Positions 1-10,099 of a DNA stretch of 64,000 bases are shown here, in pieces. The DNA is from an uncultured delta proteobacterium (GTDB taxonomy: Bacteria; Desulfobacterota; WTBG01; CAIYCZ01; CAIRTM01). Position 1 is the first letter of the stretch. Each line of letters begins with the position of its first letter. The position numbers and the translations under genes were made by a program. The stretch spans positions 480,001 through 544,000 of the forward strand of contig CAWDSQ010000007.1 of NCBI GenBank assembly GCA_963804955.1. The letters are read 5' to 3'. Below the pieces are notes generated by a model. The model was not told where the DNA came from, did no database searches, and saw only the letters and a list, made by a program, of their open reading frames with translations.

Positions 1-126
1 AAGGCGTGCCGCTAAATCATGTTGCAGTTTTGTCTGTTCTGCGGGATAATATAATGAAAAATGTTCGTGAGGTATGCGGTTCATGAGTCGCGGTGCGAGG
101 ATGTAACCAGAGCAAAGGAGAAGAAC

Positions 127-499
127 ATGGCAGAGACAAAAATAGTACTTGTGATTGACGACGATCCCGATATTATTGAAACCGTACACACGATACTGTC
201 GGCCAAAGGCTACGTCGTCATCTCGGCATCCAGCGGCAAACAGGGCTTTGAAATTGTTCAGAAGACAAACCCGGATCTGGTTTTGTGCGATATGATGATG
301 GAAGCCATCGACTCGGGCATGCAGACCGCCCAGCAGATCAAGCAGGTACAACAGCGAGATACCCGTGTTTCTTTTAAGCAGCATCGCCGAAACGACGGCC
401 GCGACAACGCAGATCCGCGAGCTTGGCTTTATCGGCATTATTCAGAAGCCCGTCGAGCCTGCACGGCTTTTGAGCATTGTACAGAGCATCATCGGCTGA
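127..499 (+). CDS. Stand-alone response regulator receiver protein (frameshift near 347)
   Basis: RBS AAAGGAG before ATG 127; VLVIDDD and DLVLCDMMM motifs; the alternate frame continues IPVFLLSS...IIQKP to TGA 497-499. Confidence 0.85.
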
Positions 500-531
500 A
501 ACCGCCCGGCAGCCTGTATAAAGGCCAACAT

Positions 532-565
532 ACAAAAACCGCGCTTTGCAGCAGCGCGGTTTTTG
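532..565. terminator. Bidirectional intrinsic terminator
   Basis: CAAAAACCGCGCT...AGCGCGGTTTTTG between convergent genes. Confidence 0.7.
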
Positions 566-661
566 CTTTCTCTTTATTGTCTTCAGAGAACCATCGCCTA
601 TGGCTATAGTTCCCTGAAAAAAGCAACTTCAATACAGCATGTTTTTTGACTTCGTCAATGC

Positions 662-1456
662 CTATTTTTTCTTTTTCGAAGCCCCGCCTGCTGCCGACGG
701 AATAACAGCCTCTGGATTTTTCTCAAACTCTTCGATTTCCTTGAGAACATCAGGCGGTATCTGATCGCGAATCTCCGGCGGCACCACCTGATTGAATATC
801 CGCAGCACCTCGGCCGGATCCGGCTCCTCGCCCGACTCCTGGGCTTTCATCATCTCATCCATGACCCTCATGAAATCTTCCTGCGCCTTGTCAGAAAAAA
901 GGTCCTTGGGATCGGGAGCGGGAGGGGGTTTTCTTCTCAGCCCGTTTATCCGGCGCATCCTGCTTTTCCGGCGCTTTGACGGAAGCGGGAACTGAAGCTG
1001 GTGTCGATGCAGGAGCAGATGCAGGGCCGGAAGGCGCCGGGCGCCCGGCACCCGAGGTCAGCTGGCGCTCGCCGCCTTTCTTGCCCATGAGATCAAGCTC
1101 GACAATGCGCGGGCTGGTGCTGTTGTCGAAATGCAAAACAAAGTTGGGCATATTGGCTATGCGCAGCACCCGCTGAATGCCCATGCGCACGGGCATCTGC
1201 TGAAACTTGACGCCGATGGGCTTATCATCGAAAGCCTCGCCGAACACCACAATCTTGATGCCGCACTTATCGCCAATATCGCGAATCAGGTCCTCGGGTT
1301 TCACATTCGGCGGCGTCAATCTTGAGCATGCCATCGAGGCATGAAACCATCTCGCTGCCGCCGGCCTCTTCAACCTCTGCAGTTGCCGTTTCCGCACCAC
1401 CGGCACATAAGGACAGCACCAAGCACAAGCATTGCTAAAAAATCATTTTTTTTCAT
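662..1456 (-). CDS. Exported protein with secretin N0/STN-like domain, Pro/Ala linker and acidic C-terminus (several frameshifts)
   Basis: Signal-peptide-like start (MKK..LAMLVLGAVL); NVKPEDLIRDIGDKCGIKIVVFG...MPVRMGIQRVL; joins ORFs 891-1406 and 662-1051. Confidence 0.55.
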
Positions 1457-1612
1457 AAAACACTATTCGATAGACAGGTTTCAAACTCTGCATACTGAAG
1501 CAAAGGAACTCAGCTACACGGTGCGCAAGGCACTACGGCATACTGCTTTTTACGCCGCAGCCACAGAGTCTGCGTGACGCAACTCAGCAGATGGGCTTTT
1601 ACAGGCTCATGT

Positions 1613-2515
1613 TCAGCCCTTCCTGCTGCCGTCCTTATTGTATTCGAAAAAGCCGCGGCCTGTCTTGCGCCCGAGATGCCCCACTTCAACAAGGCTCATC
1701 AGCAGGGGACAGGGCCGGTACTTGGGATCCTGAAACCCGTTATACAGCGACTGCTGCATGGCAAGCACCACATCAAGGCCGATGAAATCGGCAAGTTCAA
1801 GCGGCCCCATGGGATGGTTCATGCCGAGCTTCATGGCAGTATCAATCTCTTCCCGGGTCGAAACTCCCTGGTGCAGGCAGAAAATGGCCTCATTGATAAA
1901 GGTTTGAATGAGTCTGCTCGTGATAAAGCAGGGGCTGTCGGTCACGGTGATGGGAGTCTTGCCCATCTTGAGAGCCAGGTCCCTCACCGTCTGATAGCTC
2001 TCTTCAGAGGTGGCCGGCGTGCGAATGATCTCAACGAGCTTCATCATCTGCGCAGGGTACATAAAGTGCATGCCGAGCACCTTCTCCGGCCGCCTGGTTG
2101 CGGTTGCCAGCCTGCCCAGACGCACAGAGCTCGTGTTGGTGGTCAGAATAACATGCGGCGCACAGATCTTGTCAATGTTTGAAAAAATATCCATTTTCAC
2201 GGGCTCGTTTTCGACCGCAGCCTCGACCACATAATCAACCTCTTCAAGGCTCTGAAGCTCCTTTTTAAAATGCATGCGCGACAGGGCGGCATCGCAGTCC
2301 TTCTTCTTGATTTTGCCAAGCTCAACGGCCCGGGTCAGGCTTTTTTCTATGGATGCCTTCGCCTTTTTAATGACCTCGTCATACGGCTCAACAACGATGG
2401 CTGTATAGCCCGCCTGAGCTGCCACCTGGGCAATACCCTTGCCCATTTGCCCGGCGCCGATCACGCCGATAGTCTTGATATGAGAAATGCTTGAGGCCTT
2501 TTTTTCCGGTGCCAT
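1613..2515 (-). CDS. hbd: 3-hydroxybutyryl-CoA / 3-hydroxyacyl-CoA dehydrogenase
   Basis: GAGQMG, VEAAVEN, TNTSS, GMHF, HPMGPLELADFIGLD, GRKTGRGF. Confidence 0.92.
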   Translation of the reverse strand: MAPEKKASSISHIKTIGVIGAGQMGKGIAQVAAQAGYTAIVVEPYDEVIKKAKASIEKSLTRAVELGKIKKKDCDAALSRMHFKKELQSLEEVDYVVEAAVENEPVKMDIFSNIDKICAPHVILTTNTSSVRLGRLATATRRPEKVLGMHFMYPAQMMKLVEIIRTPATSEESYQTVRDLALKMGKTPITVTDSPCFITSRLIQTFINEAIFCLHQGVSTREEIDTAMKLGMNHPMGPLELADFIGLDVVLAMQQSLYNGFQDPKYRPCPLLMSLVEVGHLGRKTGRGFFEYNKDGSRKG

Positions 2516-2617
2516 GCTGCATCTAACCTTTCACTTTATTAATATACCTGGCATTGTGTGGGCTTTCAACAATGCTGGGTAGAGTATATAATAGCATGGT
2601 CATCGTCAAGTAAAAAT

Positions 2618-3208
2618 TTAAGCTTTTTGAAGAGGTTGGACGCCGGAAGCGCCTTGTGCATAAAAGTCGAACACTGTGCGTCCATAGTCCCGCGTGCGCA
2701 TAAGGGCAAGCCCATCGGGCGGCGCCACCTGAGGTTCCCTTTCCTCTCGCTGCACAATGATGACCCCATCGGGTTTCAATAACGGATGCCGGGCAAGAGA
2801 GGCGACGGCCTTCTGCTGAAGCCCGAGGCCATAGGGCGGCGCAACGATGACGATGTCGAAAGCTTCTTTTTTCCGGGACAGACCCTCAAGGGAGGCAATT
2901 CCGTCGCCCTGCACGACCTCCACTGCTTGCGCAACCCCCAGCGACCGGGCATTGAGCCTGATGAGCTCGGCTGTTTTCGGGGTAAGCTCAACCACCACCG
3001 CTGCTGCCGCGCCGTTTGACAAAAGCTCGAAGGCGATAGCGCCTGACCCGCCGAAAAGGTCCAGAAGCCGCGCTTGCGCAAGCCGCGGCCGGAGAATATC
3101 CGCCAGGCTCTTGCGCAGCCGCGTGAGCAGGGGCCGCGTTTGACTGCCCTCGGGCGTTTGTATGCGCCTGCCCCGCAATGTACCGGAAGTAATGGTAATA
3201 GTGCCCAT
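2618..3208 (-). CDS. rsmD: 16S rRNA m2G966 methyltransferase RsmD family
   Basis: ITSGTLRGR, TRP, LDLFGGSGA, APPY, YGRT. Confidence 0.88.
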   Translation of the reverse strand: MGTITITSGTLRGRRIQTPEGSQTRPLLTRLRKSLADILRPRLAQARLLDLFGGSGAIAFELLSNGAAAAVVVELTPKTAELIRLNARSLGVAQAVEVVQGDGIASLEGLSRKKEAFDIVIVAPPYGLGLQQKAVASLARHPLLKPDGVIIVQREEREPQVAPPDGLALMRTRDYGRTVFDFYAQGASGVQPLQKA

Positions 3209-3211
3209 GCA

Positions 3212-3886
3212 TTATGCCTCCTGCCGGCTGCCGAGCAGGCGCCGGGCGGCAAGGGTGCTGCCCAGAACAAGGGCTGCAAGCAGCGCAAACGGCAGGATAA
3301 ACTCAGTGGTGAGCACATCGGAGAATGAGCGCACCTTGACAATTGTGCTTGCGCAGTAGCAGATGACGGCAACACCGGGTATGAGACCCAGAGCCGAAGC
3401 GGCGATATATTCCAGGAAATGTACGCGCGTGAGCGCTATGAGCCAGTTCATCGGAGGAGCCATAAAAAGAATCAGCCGCAGCATGAGCACGGTCTGAAAA
3501 CCCTGCTCGGCAAAACGGGCATCAAGAGCGTCCAGCCGTTTAAACTTCCCGTTGAGTGATGCCTGCACGGTATCGCGCATGAAATAACGCATGCAGAGAA
3601 AAGTTGCTGCCGAGCCTGTAAGCGCGCCGATCCAGCCGTAGAAAAATCCTTTGACGCCGCCGAAAATAACGCCCCCCAGGGCAATGACCAAAAACTCGGG
3701 TACATGCAGAAACACGCCTGCAATACACAGTCCGATGAACGCCACTGGACCAAATGGGCCAAGGGAATTGACAAAGCCGGTCATCCGGTCCAGGCTGAAA
3801 AGCCCCATCAGATCAAAGGCATTGTATACCCATATGGCTATGGCTATGAGCAGTATGCCGGCGAAAGGTTTGATTATTTTATGCAT
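3212..3886 (-). CDS. TVP38/TMEM64 (DedA/SNARE-associated) membrane protein
   Basis: Hydrophobic; ALGGVIFG, F-x-x-x-RYF, LRLILFMAPP, ALGLIPG. Confidence 0.85.
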   Translation of the reverse strand: MHKIIKPFAGILLIAIAIWVYNAFDLMGLFSLDRMTGFVNSLGPFGPVAFIGLCIAGVFLHVPEFLVIALGGVIFGGVKGFFYGWIGALTGSAATFLCMRYFMRDTVQASLNGKFKRLDALDARFAEQGFQTVLMLRLILFMAPPMNWLIALTRVHFLEYIAASALGLIPGVAVICYCASTIVKVRSFSDVLTTEFILPFALLAALVLGSTLAARRLLGSRQEA

Positions 3887-3970
3887 TTTTCTGTTTTGTA
3901 AAGATACGGGATGTCTCTCTTCGTTGTTCTTTAAAACCCCGCGGACCAGAAAAGTCGCGTATTCTTCTCA

Positions 3971-4101
3971 GAGCGTGTACGAAAAGCCGAAGCCCCTTTG
4001 GTTTGTCATTCTGAGCGCAGCGAAGAATCTCGTAGTTTTAATGAATGCAGGGATCCTTCACTTCGCTCAGGATGACATTAAATGACTTTTCATACACGCT
4101 C
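3971..4101. mobile_element. 131-bp MITE with 18-bp terminal inverted repeats, 3-bp TCA target duplication and an internal REP-like palindrome pair
   Basis: Left end GAGCGTGTACGAAAAGCC, right end GACTTTTCATACACGCTC (16/18 complementary); TCA at 3968-3970 and 4102-4104; internal GTCATTCTGAGC...GCTCAGGATGAC. Confidence 0.7.
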
Positions 4102-5337
4102 TCAGATACTGCGACCGAAATGCAGGGCATTACGTCCGATGGCAAGGCATAAACCCTTGTGGACAAATTCGTTTACCGTCTGGCTAAAAGGGAAATAAAC
4201 GATTTCGTACCCGTGTACGGCAATTTTCGCCCGGGCAAGCTCGGGGTACACATCAGTGCGTTTTGCCGCAATCAGGGCAAGGCTGAGCTTGATGCTCTCG
4301 GCAGCCTCCCGCACGGGCAGTGTAACGGGATGCAGCACAAGCTGTGCAAGCCGGTCATGCGTCTCACCTCCGGGCTGCTGCGCCATCACCTGCCGGGCAA
4401 GGCGCAGAAAAACCTGCGGCTGAATCTTGAAAGCCGGAGCCCAGAAAGAGACAGGCTGTTCAGCCATGCCTGCCGTGGCCACCCTGGGCAGATTTGCAAA
4501 ACCGACAAGGTCTGCCTGAGATGTAAGCTTCATGCCTTCCAACGTGGCAGTCATGCGCCAGAACGGAAGATACCGCACGTTCTCGTCAGCGCATTTCATA
4601 ACAGCATACTGAAGCGCTGCGTATCCCCCGGCGGAAGGCTGCCAGGCGCGGCTGCACTTGGGGCACATGAGCACGCAGCTTTCCTTTTCCCCCGGCATGT
4701 CCCAGCCGCAATTGGGGCACAGCGTCGGCAGAAATGAAACACCCCAGTTGTCATGGCGCTCTTCGGAAAAACCTTCGGAGGCCAGTGCATCGGCAGCCGG
4801 AGCCACCGGAGTGTTGAGCACCCCATCATACAGCTTTTTGTCCTTCACAAAAAAAGGCGCGTAGATAAGGCTTACGGTCTCACCGATACATTCGCGAAAA
4901 AAAACCCGCTCCGTGCTGCGCATGTGCTGGTCGGCAAAGCTGGCGGCGAAATCCTTTGATGAAACCTTGAGGGGCAGGTACTGCCCCGTGTGTTCAGGAA
5001 GGACAAAGTGCAGCTTCATTGCCTGCGGCCGCAGCCCCAAAGTTTGGGGAAGACCGGCAATGCCTGCACCGCACAAGCTTGTATCAACAACGCGGCAATC
5101 GACATCATAGGCCCGGCAGGTGCAGGCCATGCCCCTGAAGCGCCAGTAGGGGGCATAAAAAAGATTCTCCGCCCGCGCGCCCTCTGCAACCGGCAATGCG
5201 TAGCGGAAGCGGTCGCGAGGCATGAGGAAATGCCGCACGCGGCAGAACTTGCAGGAAAGAATTCTGTCGGCCTCGTCAAATTCCACCTTTGCCCCGCACT
5301 GCGGGCAGGCCTGCTCAATGGTCCAGCCTGTAGTCAA
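4102..5337 (-). CDS. Hypothetical protein with two zinc-ribbon modules (YdjG-like partner of an SPFH protein)
   Basis: CPQC..CKFC and CPNC..CPKC, each followed later by a Y-x-P-(Y/F)-W-R motif (internal duplication). Confidence 0.7.
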   Translation of the reverse strand: MTTGWTIEQACPQCGAKVEFDEADRILSCKFCRVRHFLMPRDRFRYALPVAEGARAENLFYAPYWRFRGMACTCRAYDVDCRVVDTSLCGAGIAGLPQTLGLRPQAMKLHFVLPEHTGQYLPLKVSSKDFAASFADQHMRSTERVFFRECIGETVSLIYAPFFVKDKKLYDGVLNTPVAPAADALASEGFSEERHDNWGVSFLPTLCPNCGWDMPGEKESCVLMCPKCSRAWQPSAGGYAALQYAVMKCADENVRYLPFWRMTATLEGMKLTSQADLVGFANLPRVATAGMAEQPVSFWAPAFKIQPQVFLRLARQVMAQQPGGETHDRLAQLVLHPVTLPVREAAESIKLSLALIAAKRTDVYPELARAKIAVHGYEIVYFPFSQTVNEFVHKGLCLAIGRNALHFGRSI

Positions 5338-6453
5338 AGTTTCTCACCGCACTTGTTGCAGAAAACTGAGTTCGAGAGATTCTCTGCTCTGCATTTTCCG
5401 CAAAAACGTGCTGACGGGCCTCTGCTCAACGGCCTTGCCGCACTTGGGGCAAAATTGCGCGTTGGGCGGCAGGTTCTTGCCGCAAGAGCTGCACTGCTGA
5501 AACACCAGCTGCTGATGGCCGCACAGAGGGCAGAACCTGCTGTCTGCCGGTATGGGATTTTTGCAGTCCGGGCATGGAGCTGTTTGTGCTGTCTGGCTCT
5601 GCCCCGTCTGCTGAAGCACACTGCCGAACATGGCAGGCATCATAAGCCCCATGCCCAAACCCATGCCCGAGCCTGCCTCGCCCTGATTGGCAGCGGCTGT
5701 TTCAATCGCCATGGCAGCCTTCATCTTAAGCAGCTTGTTGAGATCATCAAAAACGGCAAGGCGGCTCTTGTCGTCGATGGCTTTCTGCACCTCTGCAGGC
5801 GGCGTAACCGAATTGATATACAGCCCCTCCAGCCCGATGCCGAAGCGGCCGAAGTCATCCTGCAGCCTTTTTGTAAGGCCTTCGGCAATGGCGTCGTATT
5901 TGCCCGGGAGGTTTATTATCGAATCTAAATGCTCACCCAGATAGTCATTGAAACGCGAGACAACAACCTTGCTCAGATATTCCTCTATCTGCTGCGTTGT
6001 ATAGCAGCCCTGCGTACCCACAAGGCTGTTGATGAACAGCACGGGCTGCACCACATGAATATTAAACATGCCGAAAGCCCGCAGCCGTATAAGCCCGAGT
6101 TCCGAGTCCTTGAACGCAACCGGATCGCGCGTGCCCCAGGTCATGTCGGGAAACACCTTCATATTCACGAAATAGACCTCTGCCCGCAGGGGGCTGGTCA
6201 TACCCCAGGGCAGGCTCAGTATTTTTGTGAGCACGGGGATATTGCCGGTCTTGAGCGTGTGCCTTCCCGCCGGAAATGCGTCATAGGCCTTGCCATTGTA
6301 AAAGAACACGGCCGACTGGCTCTCGCGCACAATCAGCTGCGCACCGTATTTAATCTCACCCGATCCTTCTTCGGGTATGCGGTGAACGATCTCCTTGCCC
6401 GACTCGTCAAACCATTCGATGACTTCCAGGAATACCAGATTATTTGTTCCCAT
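5334..6453 (-). CDS. SPFH (band 7, YdjI-like) domain protein with C-terminal zinc ribbons (frameshift near 5401)
   Basis: LIVRESQSAVF, AEVYFVN, WGTRDP, LRAFG; CPDC..CPLC, CSSC..CPKC, CGKC..CNKC. Confidence 0.88.
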
Positions 6454-6519
6454 ACATCACCTCCGTGCGTTATGTTATGTTGATGCACGAAAGTACTGCA
6501 GTTACATTTGTTGGGCACG

Positions 6520-6733
6520 TTTCACTTTGCCCAACGGCCTGCTACATCATGGCCATCCGAGCAGGCGGAGCCGAAGAAAGGATGATCGGCTGATGTGGAA
6601 TTTCCCCTGCAGGTCACGCTCGGTATAATGACGCCCTTTCTTTTCCTGGCACATAATGGTTACAGGCTCCTTGCGGTCAAGGGCCTTCAAAACCTCTGCA
6701 TTTATAGCGCAGATCTACAATCGTTACCTGCAT
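6520..6733 (-). pseudogene. Degraded Phd/YefM-type antitoxin
   Basis: Fragments MQVTIVDLRYK, EVLKALDRKEPVTI, KGVIIP and DHPFFG in shifting frames; no toxin gene follows; end coordinate approximate. Confidence 0.55.
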
Positions 6734-6809
6734 GATGGAACACCTGTAAAAATGTCTGCCTTAGTCTGTAGGCAGGACTAAGCAAAGCGTGCCCGGCAAA
6801 TCCCTGAAT

Positions 6810-7150
6810 CTAACGGCTCAGCTTGGCTCCCGCAAGACGATTGAGACTGACCACCGGTAAGGCCCGGCTTCCGCCGCTTTTATAGCTAGATCGCGGTGTA
6901 CTTCCGGCGGCACGCGGATCATAAATTTTCCACTGTAGCGTCTGCCGGCAATCGGCTCCGGTATCAATTCCTTATTGTCACGCATATCTTTCAAAACGCC
7001 TGCCACCACAGTGCGGATTCCCTTAAGCGCAGCTTCCGGAGAAGCCGCCAGCCAGCTCAGGCTTGGAAATTCGGCACAGAGCCCAACATATTCCCGGTCT
7101 TCCTCAGACCAGGTTACCCGATACATATAATGATCATTTTTTAATACCAT
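6810..7150 (-). CDS. hicB: HicB-family antitoxin, disrupted by an 11-bp insertion at 6852-6862
   Basis: YRVTWSEEDREYVGLCAEFPSLSWL, YSGKFMIRVPPEVHRDLAI; canonical tail VSLNRLAGAKLSR* lies in another frame. Confidence 0.85.
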
Positions 7151-7212
7151 GCTCCACCTTCTGTGGTGCGTGGGAAAACCCAACACAGTTGTCCCATTGT
7201 TTCCCCCTGCGG

Positions 7213-7437
7213 CTAAGATACTTTTTCAAGCCGTTCCGCAACCCACACTTTAATAATGGATTGACGCGGCACACCAAGACGTTTTGCCTCTTTATCCAGC
7301 TGTTGTATCATCCACACGGGGAAATCAACATTGACCCTTTTCTGCTCTTGCTCCGGACGCCGTGCTTTCGACAAATGCAGATATTTGGAAATATCTTCGC
7401 CCTGATCAAATTTTTTATCGATTTCACGCGCCTTCAT
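7213..7437 (-). CDS. CopG/BrnA-type antitoxin
   Basis: MKAREIDKKFDQGEDI...KRVNVDFPVWMIQQLDKEAKRLGVPRQSIIKVW. Confidence 0.85.
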   Translation of the reverse strand: MKAREIDKKFDQGEDISKYLHLSKARRPEQEQKRVNVDFPVWMIQQLDKEAKRLGVPRQSIIKVWVAERLEKVS

Positions 7438-7687
7438 AAATTTCCATCTCCTCTTTTCTTGATCGCCGCACTGAAATGATTCTTGTTTTTTCACCTCTGT
7501 ACGTAATAATGCCTGACCAGTGTTTTTCGGCTATTTTACCGATTACTAAATACCGTGGTTCATCATGTGTCTTTAAAGGTATTTCAATAAAATCAGGATC
7601 ATCCCACAAGGACTGTGCTTCATAGAAATCAATCCCGTGTTTGTGCTTATTACCATCGCTTTTGGCAGTGTCGAACTCAAAAATCAT
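7424..7687 (-). CDS. brnT: BrnT-family toxin
   Basis: FEFDTAKSDGNKHKHGIDF, EPRY, RIISVRRSRKEE. Confidence 0.9.
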   Translation of the reverse strand: MIFEFDTAKSDGNKHKHGIDFYEAQSLWDDPDFIEIPLKTHDEPRYLVIGKIAEKHWSGIITYRGEKTRIISVRRSRKEEMEIYEGA

Positions 7688-7812
7688 TATATATTTATTA
7701 TACCTTTTATATACCTTCGGTCAATTGGATATTTTTAAAAAAGATATCGGGTTTTATTTTATTCAACCAGACCTACGGCTACGGCGGCGTCTGTTCTTTC
7801 TTTGTCTTTCCC

Positions 7813-7840
7813 GCAGGGGCGGTTCGCGAACCGCCCCTAC
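7813..7840. repeat. GTAG-type REP palindrome
   Basis: GCAGGGGCGGTTCGCGAACCGCCCCTAC; the reverse-complement copy lies at 26700-26727. Confidence 0.85.
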
Positions 7841-9196
7841 AGCCTTCTTAATATCGAGCGCGCAAATGTGCTGAGCGTATCGTCGCGGGCGCCCATGACG
7901 GCAATGACATCGCCTGGCCGGGCATTCTGCTTCAAAAAAGCAAGCGCATCCTTCCGCTCGGGCGCGTATTCGCACCGCGGCCCGCTCACGCGCTCAAGCA
8001 GATCACTCGAGGAGATACTGCGGTCTGCCGTGCCGCCGGCATCATAGATTTTAAGACACACAAGCACATCATCGGCGGTGAGCTGCGAGCCGAATGTATG
8101 CGCGAGCTCCGGCAGCAGAAACCGCGTCGGGCCATAGCCGTGGGGCTGAAATACAATAATCAGGCGGCTGCCCATGGGCCGCAGCGCGGCAATGGAGGCT
8201 GCTATTTTATCGGGATTATGCCCGAAGTCGTCAACCACCACGATGCCGCCACGCCGCCCCACAATATCAAGGCGCCGCTTGACACCCCTGAAAGCCGCAA
8301 GCCCTTTGCTGGCTGCACTGAAGGGGCACATCAAGGGCCCGGCCGACGGCTATGGCGGCAAGGGCGTTCTGCAGATTATGCAGGCCCGGCACGCGCAGCC
8401 GGAACCGTACTCTATCGACAAAAAAAACAGCCGCTCCCGGCTGCAGGTCTATCCGCTCAGGATGTATGTCGCAGTGCCGGGACAGGCCATAGGTGCTACG
8501 CCTGCCCCGGCAGCAGATGGCAGAGGCTTCAGGGCAGTCGCCGCACACGATAAGCGTTTCAGCAGTATTGTCTGCAAATGTCTGGAAAAGGCTGCGCAGC
8601 TCGGGCATATCTTTGTGGTCTTTGGTTATATTGGTGATGACGGCAATGGCGGGCCGGTACCGAACGATGCTGCCGTCGCTTTCATCGGCCTCGCAGACCA
8701 TATACGGCGACGTGCCGCTGCGGGCATTGCCAAGGTGCATGCGGGATATATACTGCTTCACGAACCCCCCATTGACAAATGAGGGATCAAGCCCCGCGGC
8801 CTCAAGCACGGAGGCTGTCATGGCGGTGACCGTGGTCTTGCCGCTCGTGCCCCCGACGGCTATGCCCCGGGCATCATTGAACAAACGCGCCAGCAGCTCG
8901 GAGCGGTGCACAACCGGTATGCCCAGTTCCCGCGCTTTCTTGATCTCTCCGCTTGAAGCCTCGATAGCCGATGAGACAACGAGCTCATCGATGTCGGATG
9001 TTACGGACTGCTCCTGCTGAGCCTGCAGCTCAATGCCCTGCAGCCTGAGCTTCCGTTGCAGAGGCAGGTTCAGACCACGGTCAAAGCTGCGGTCGGAGCC
9101 GCAGACGATGCTGCCGCGCTGCCGCAGAAGCTGCCCGAGGCTGCTCATGCCGCTGCCGCCGATACCGACAAAATAATATTTTTTTTCCGTATTCAT
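7837..9196 (-). CDS. murC: UDP-N-acetylmuramate--L-alanine ligase (MurC/Mpl family; frameshift near 8310)
   Basis: GIGGSGMS, GTSGKTT, EADESDGS, GLHNLQNA, DDFGHNP, FQPHGY. Confidence 0.8.
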
Positions 9197-9232
9197 ATCC
9201 AGGAGATTTTCACATTTAATTGCAGTCAACCG

Positions 9233-9311
9233 CCCCTTCATCCCCTCCCGGCAAGGCAGGAGAGAATAATAGGCTCCCTCTCACTTTGTGTGAGAGGATT
9301 GGGTGAGGGTG
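9233..9311. repeat. Degenerate CCCTC-type palindromic intergenic repeat pair
   Basis: CCCCTTCATCCCCTCCCG..GGAGAG ... CTCCCTCTCAC..GAGAGGATTGGGTGAGGG. Confidence 0.5.
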
Positions 9312-9440
9312 CCTGCAAAATCGAAGGTGAAGTCCTCTGCCGGGCATTTACCTTGACTTCAGGCGCGGGTTTCCTGTATGTTTTGTGCATCATATAGTTT
9401 CTTTTTTTTGGCATCAGCCGGCATTGCAAGGGGAGCGTCT

Positions 9441-9764
9441 ATGAATATTAAAGAGCTTTCGGAAAATCTGGGCCTTGAAGAAGATGAATATATGGAAATG
9501 CTCGATCTTTTTCTGACATCGGGCGGGGCTGATCTTTCCCGCATCGAGCAGGCCCTGAAAGAAGCAAACGCCCGGCTGGTTCACGAGGCCGCACATTCGC
9601 TCAAGGGCTCGGCCGGCAGCCTGTGCATTGACAATATATTCGAACTTGCCCGCGCCATAGACGACAAGTCGCGGCAGGGCATTCTCACGGGGCTTGACGA
9701 GCTTGCACATGAGCTGCGCCGAGCCTATGACGAACTGGCTGCTATGGTGAGCCGGCCTGATTAA
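9441..9764 (+). CDS. Stand-alone Hpt (histidine phosphotransfer) protein
   Basis: AAHSLKGSAGSL motif; RBS GGGAG. Confidence 0.9.
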   Translation: MNIKELSENLGLEEDEYMEMLDLFLTSGGADLSRIEQALKEANARLVHEAAHSLKGSAGSLCIDNIFELARAIDDKSRQGILTGLDELAHELRRAYDELAAMVSRPD

Positions 9765-10089
9765 ACAGACTTTCGCCGGCTGCCGCTGGTCCCGGATGAA
9801 ACAGCCCTTGCCGGCCGTCTTTCGGTTTCTTTTCAAGAAGCCTGCGTACGACCGGATCAAGCGATGAGGCTTCCACGTCGAAATGCTGCAGCGCATCGAT
9901 CATCACATCGATCTTTTCTGAAAGATGCAGGTGCTTGTCAATAATGAGGCGGTATTCGCCGCGCACTCGACAAAGCCCGCTTTTCATGTAATAGGCATAT
10001 TTTTTCAAATTTGCCGTGGTGATGCGGATATCGTGCTGGACGGCAATCTTTTCCAAATCTTCAAAAATCGATGATTCCTTCATACGCAT
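9742..10089 (-). CDS. Hypothetical protein
   Basis: SGLCRVRGEYRLIIDK; co-oriented with the upstream operon. Confidence 0.6.
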   Translation of the reverse strand: MRMKESSIFEDLEKIAVQHDIRITTANLKKYAYYMKSGLCRVRGEYRLIIDKHLHLSEKIDVMIDALQHFDVEASSLDPVVRRLLEKKPKDGRQGLFHPGPAAAGESLFNQAGSP

Positions 10090-10099
10090 GCCTTGTGTG

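Noticed and set aside
6800..6830. attC-like end (GCTGAGCCGTTAGAT on the minus strand)
   Set aside because: Explained by the hicB C-terminal codons; no matching left half
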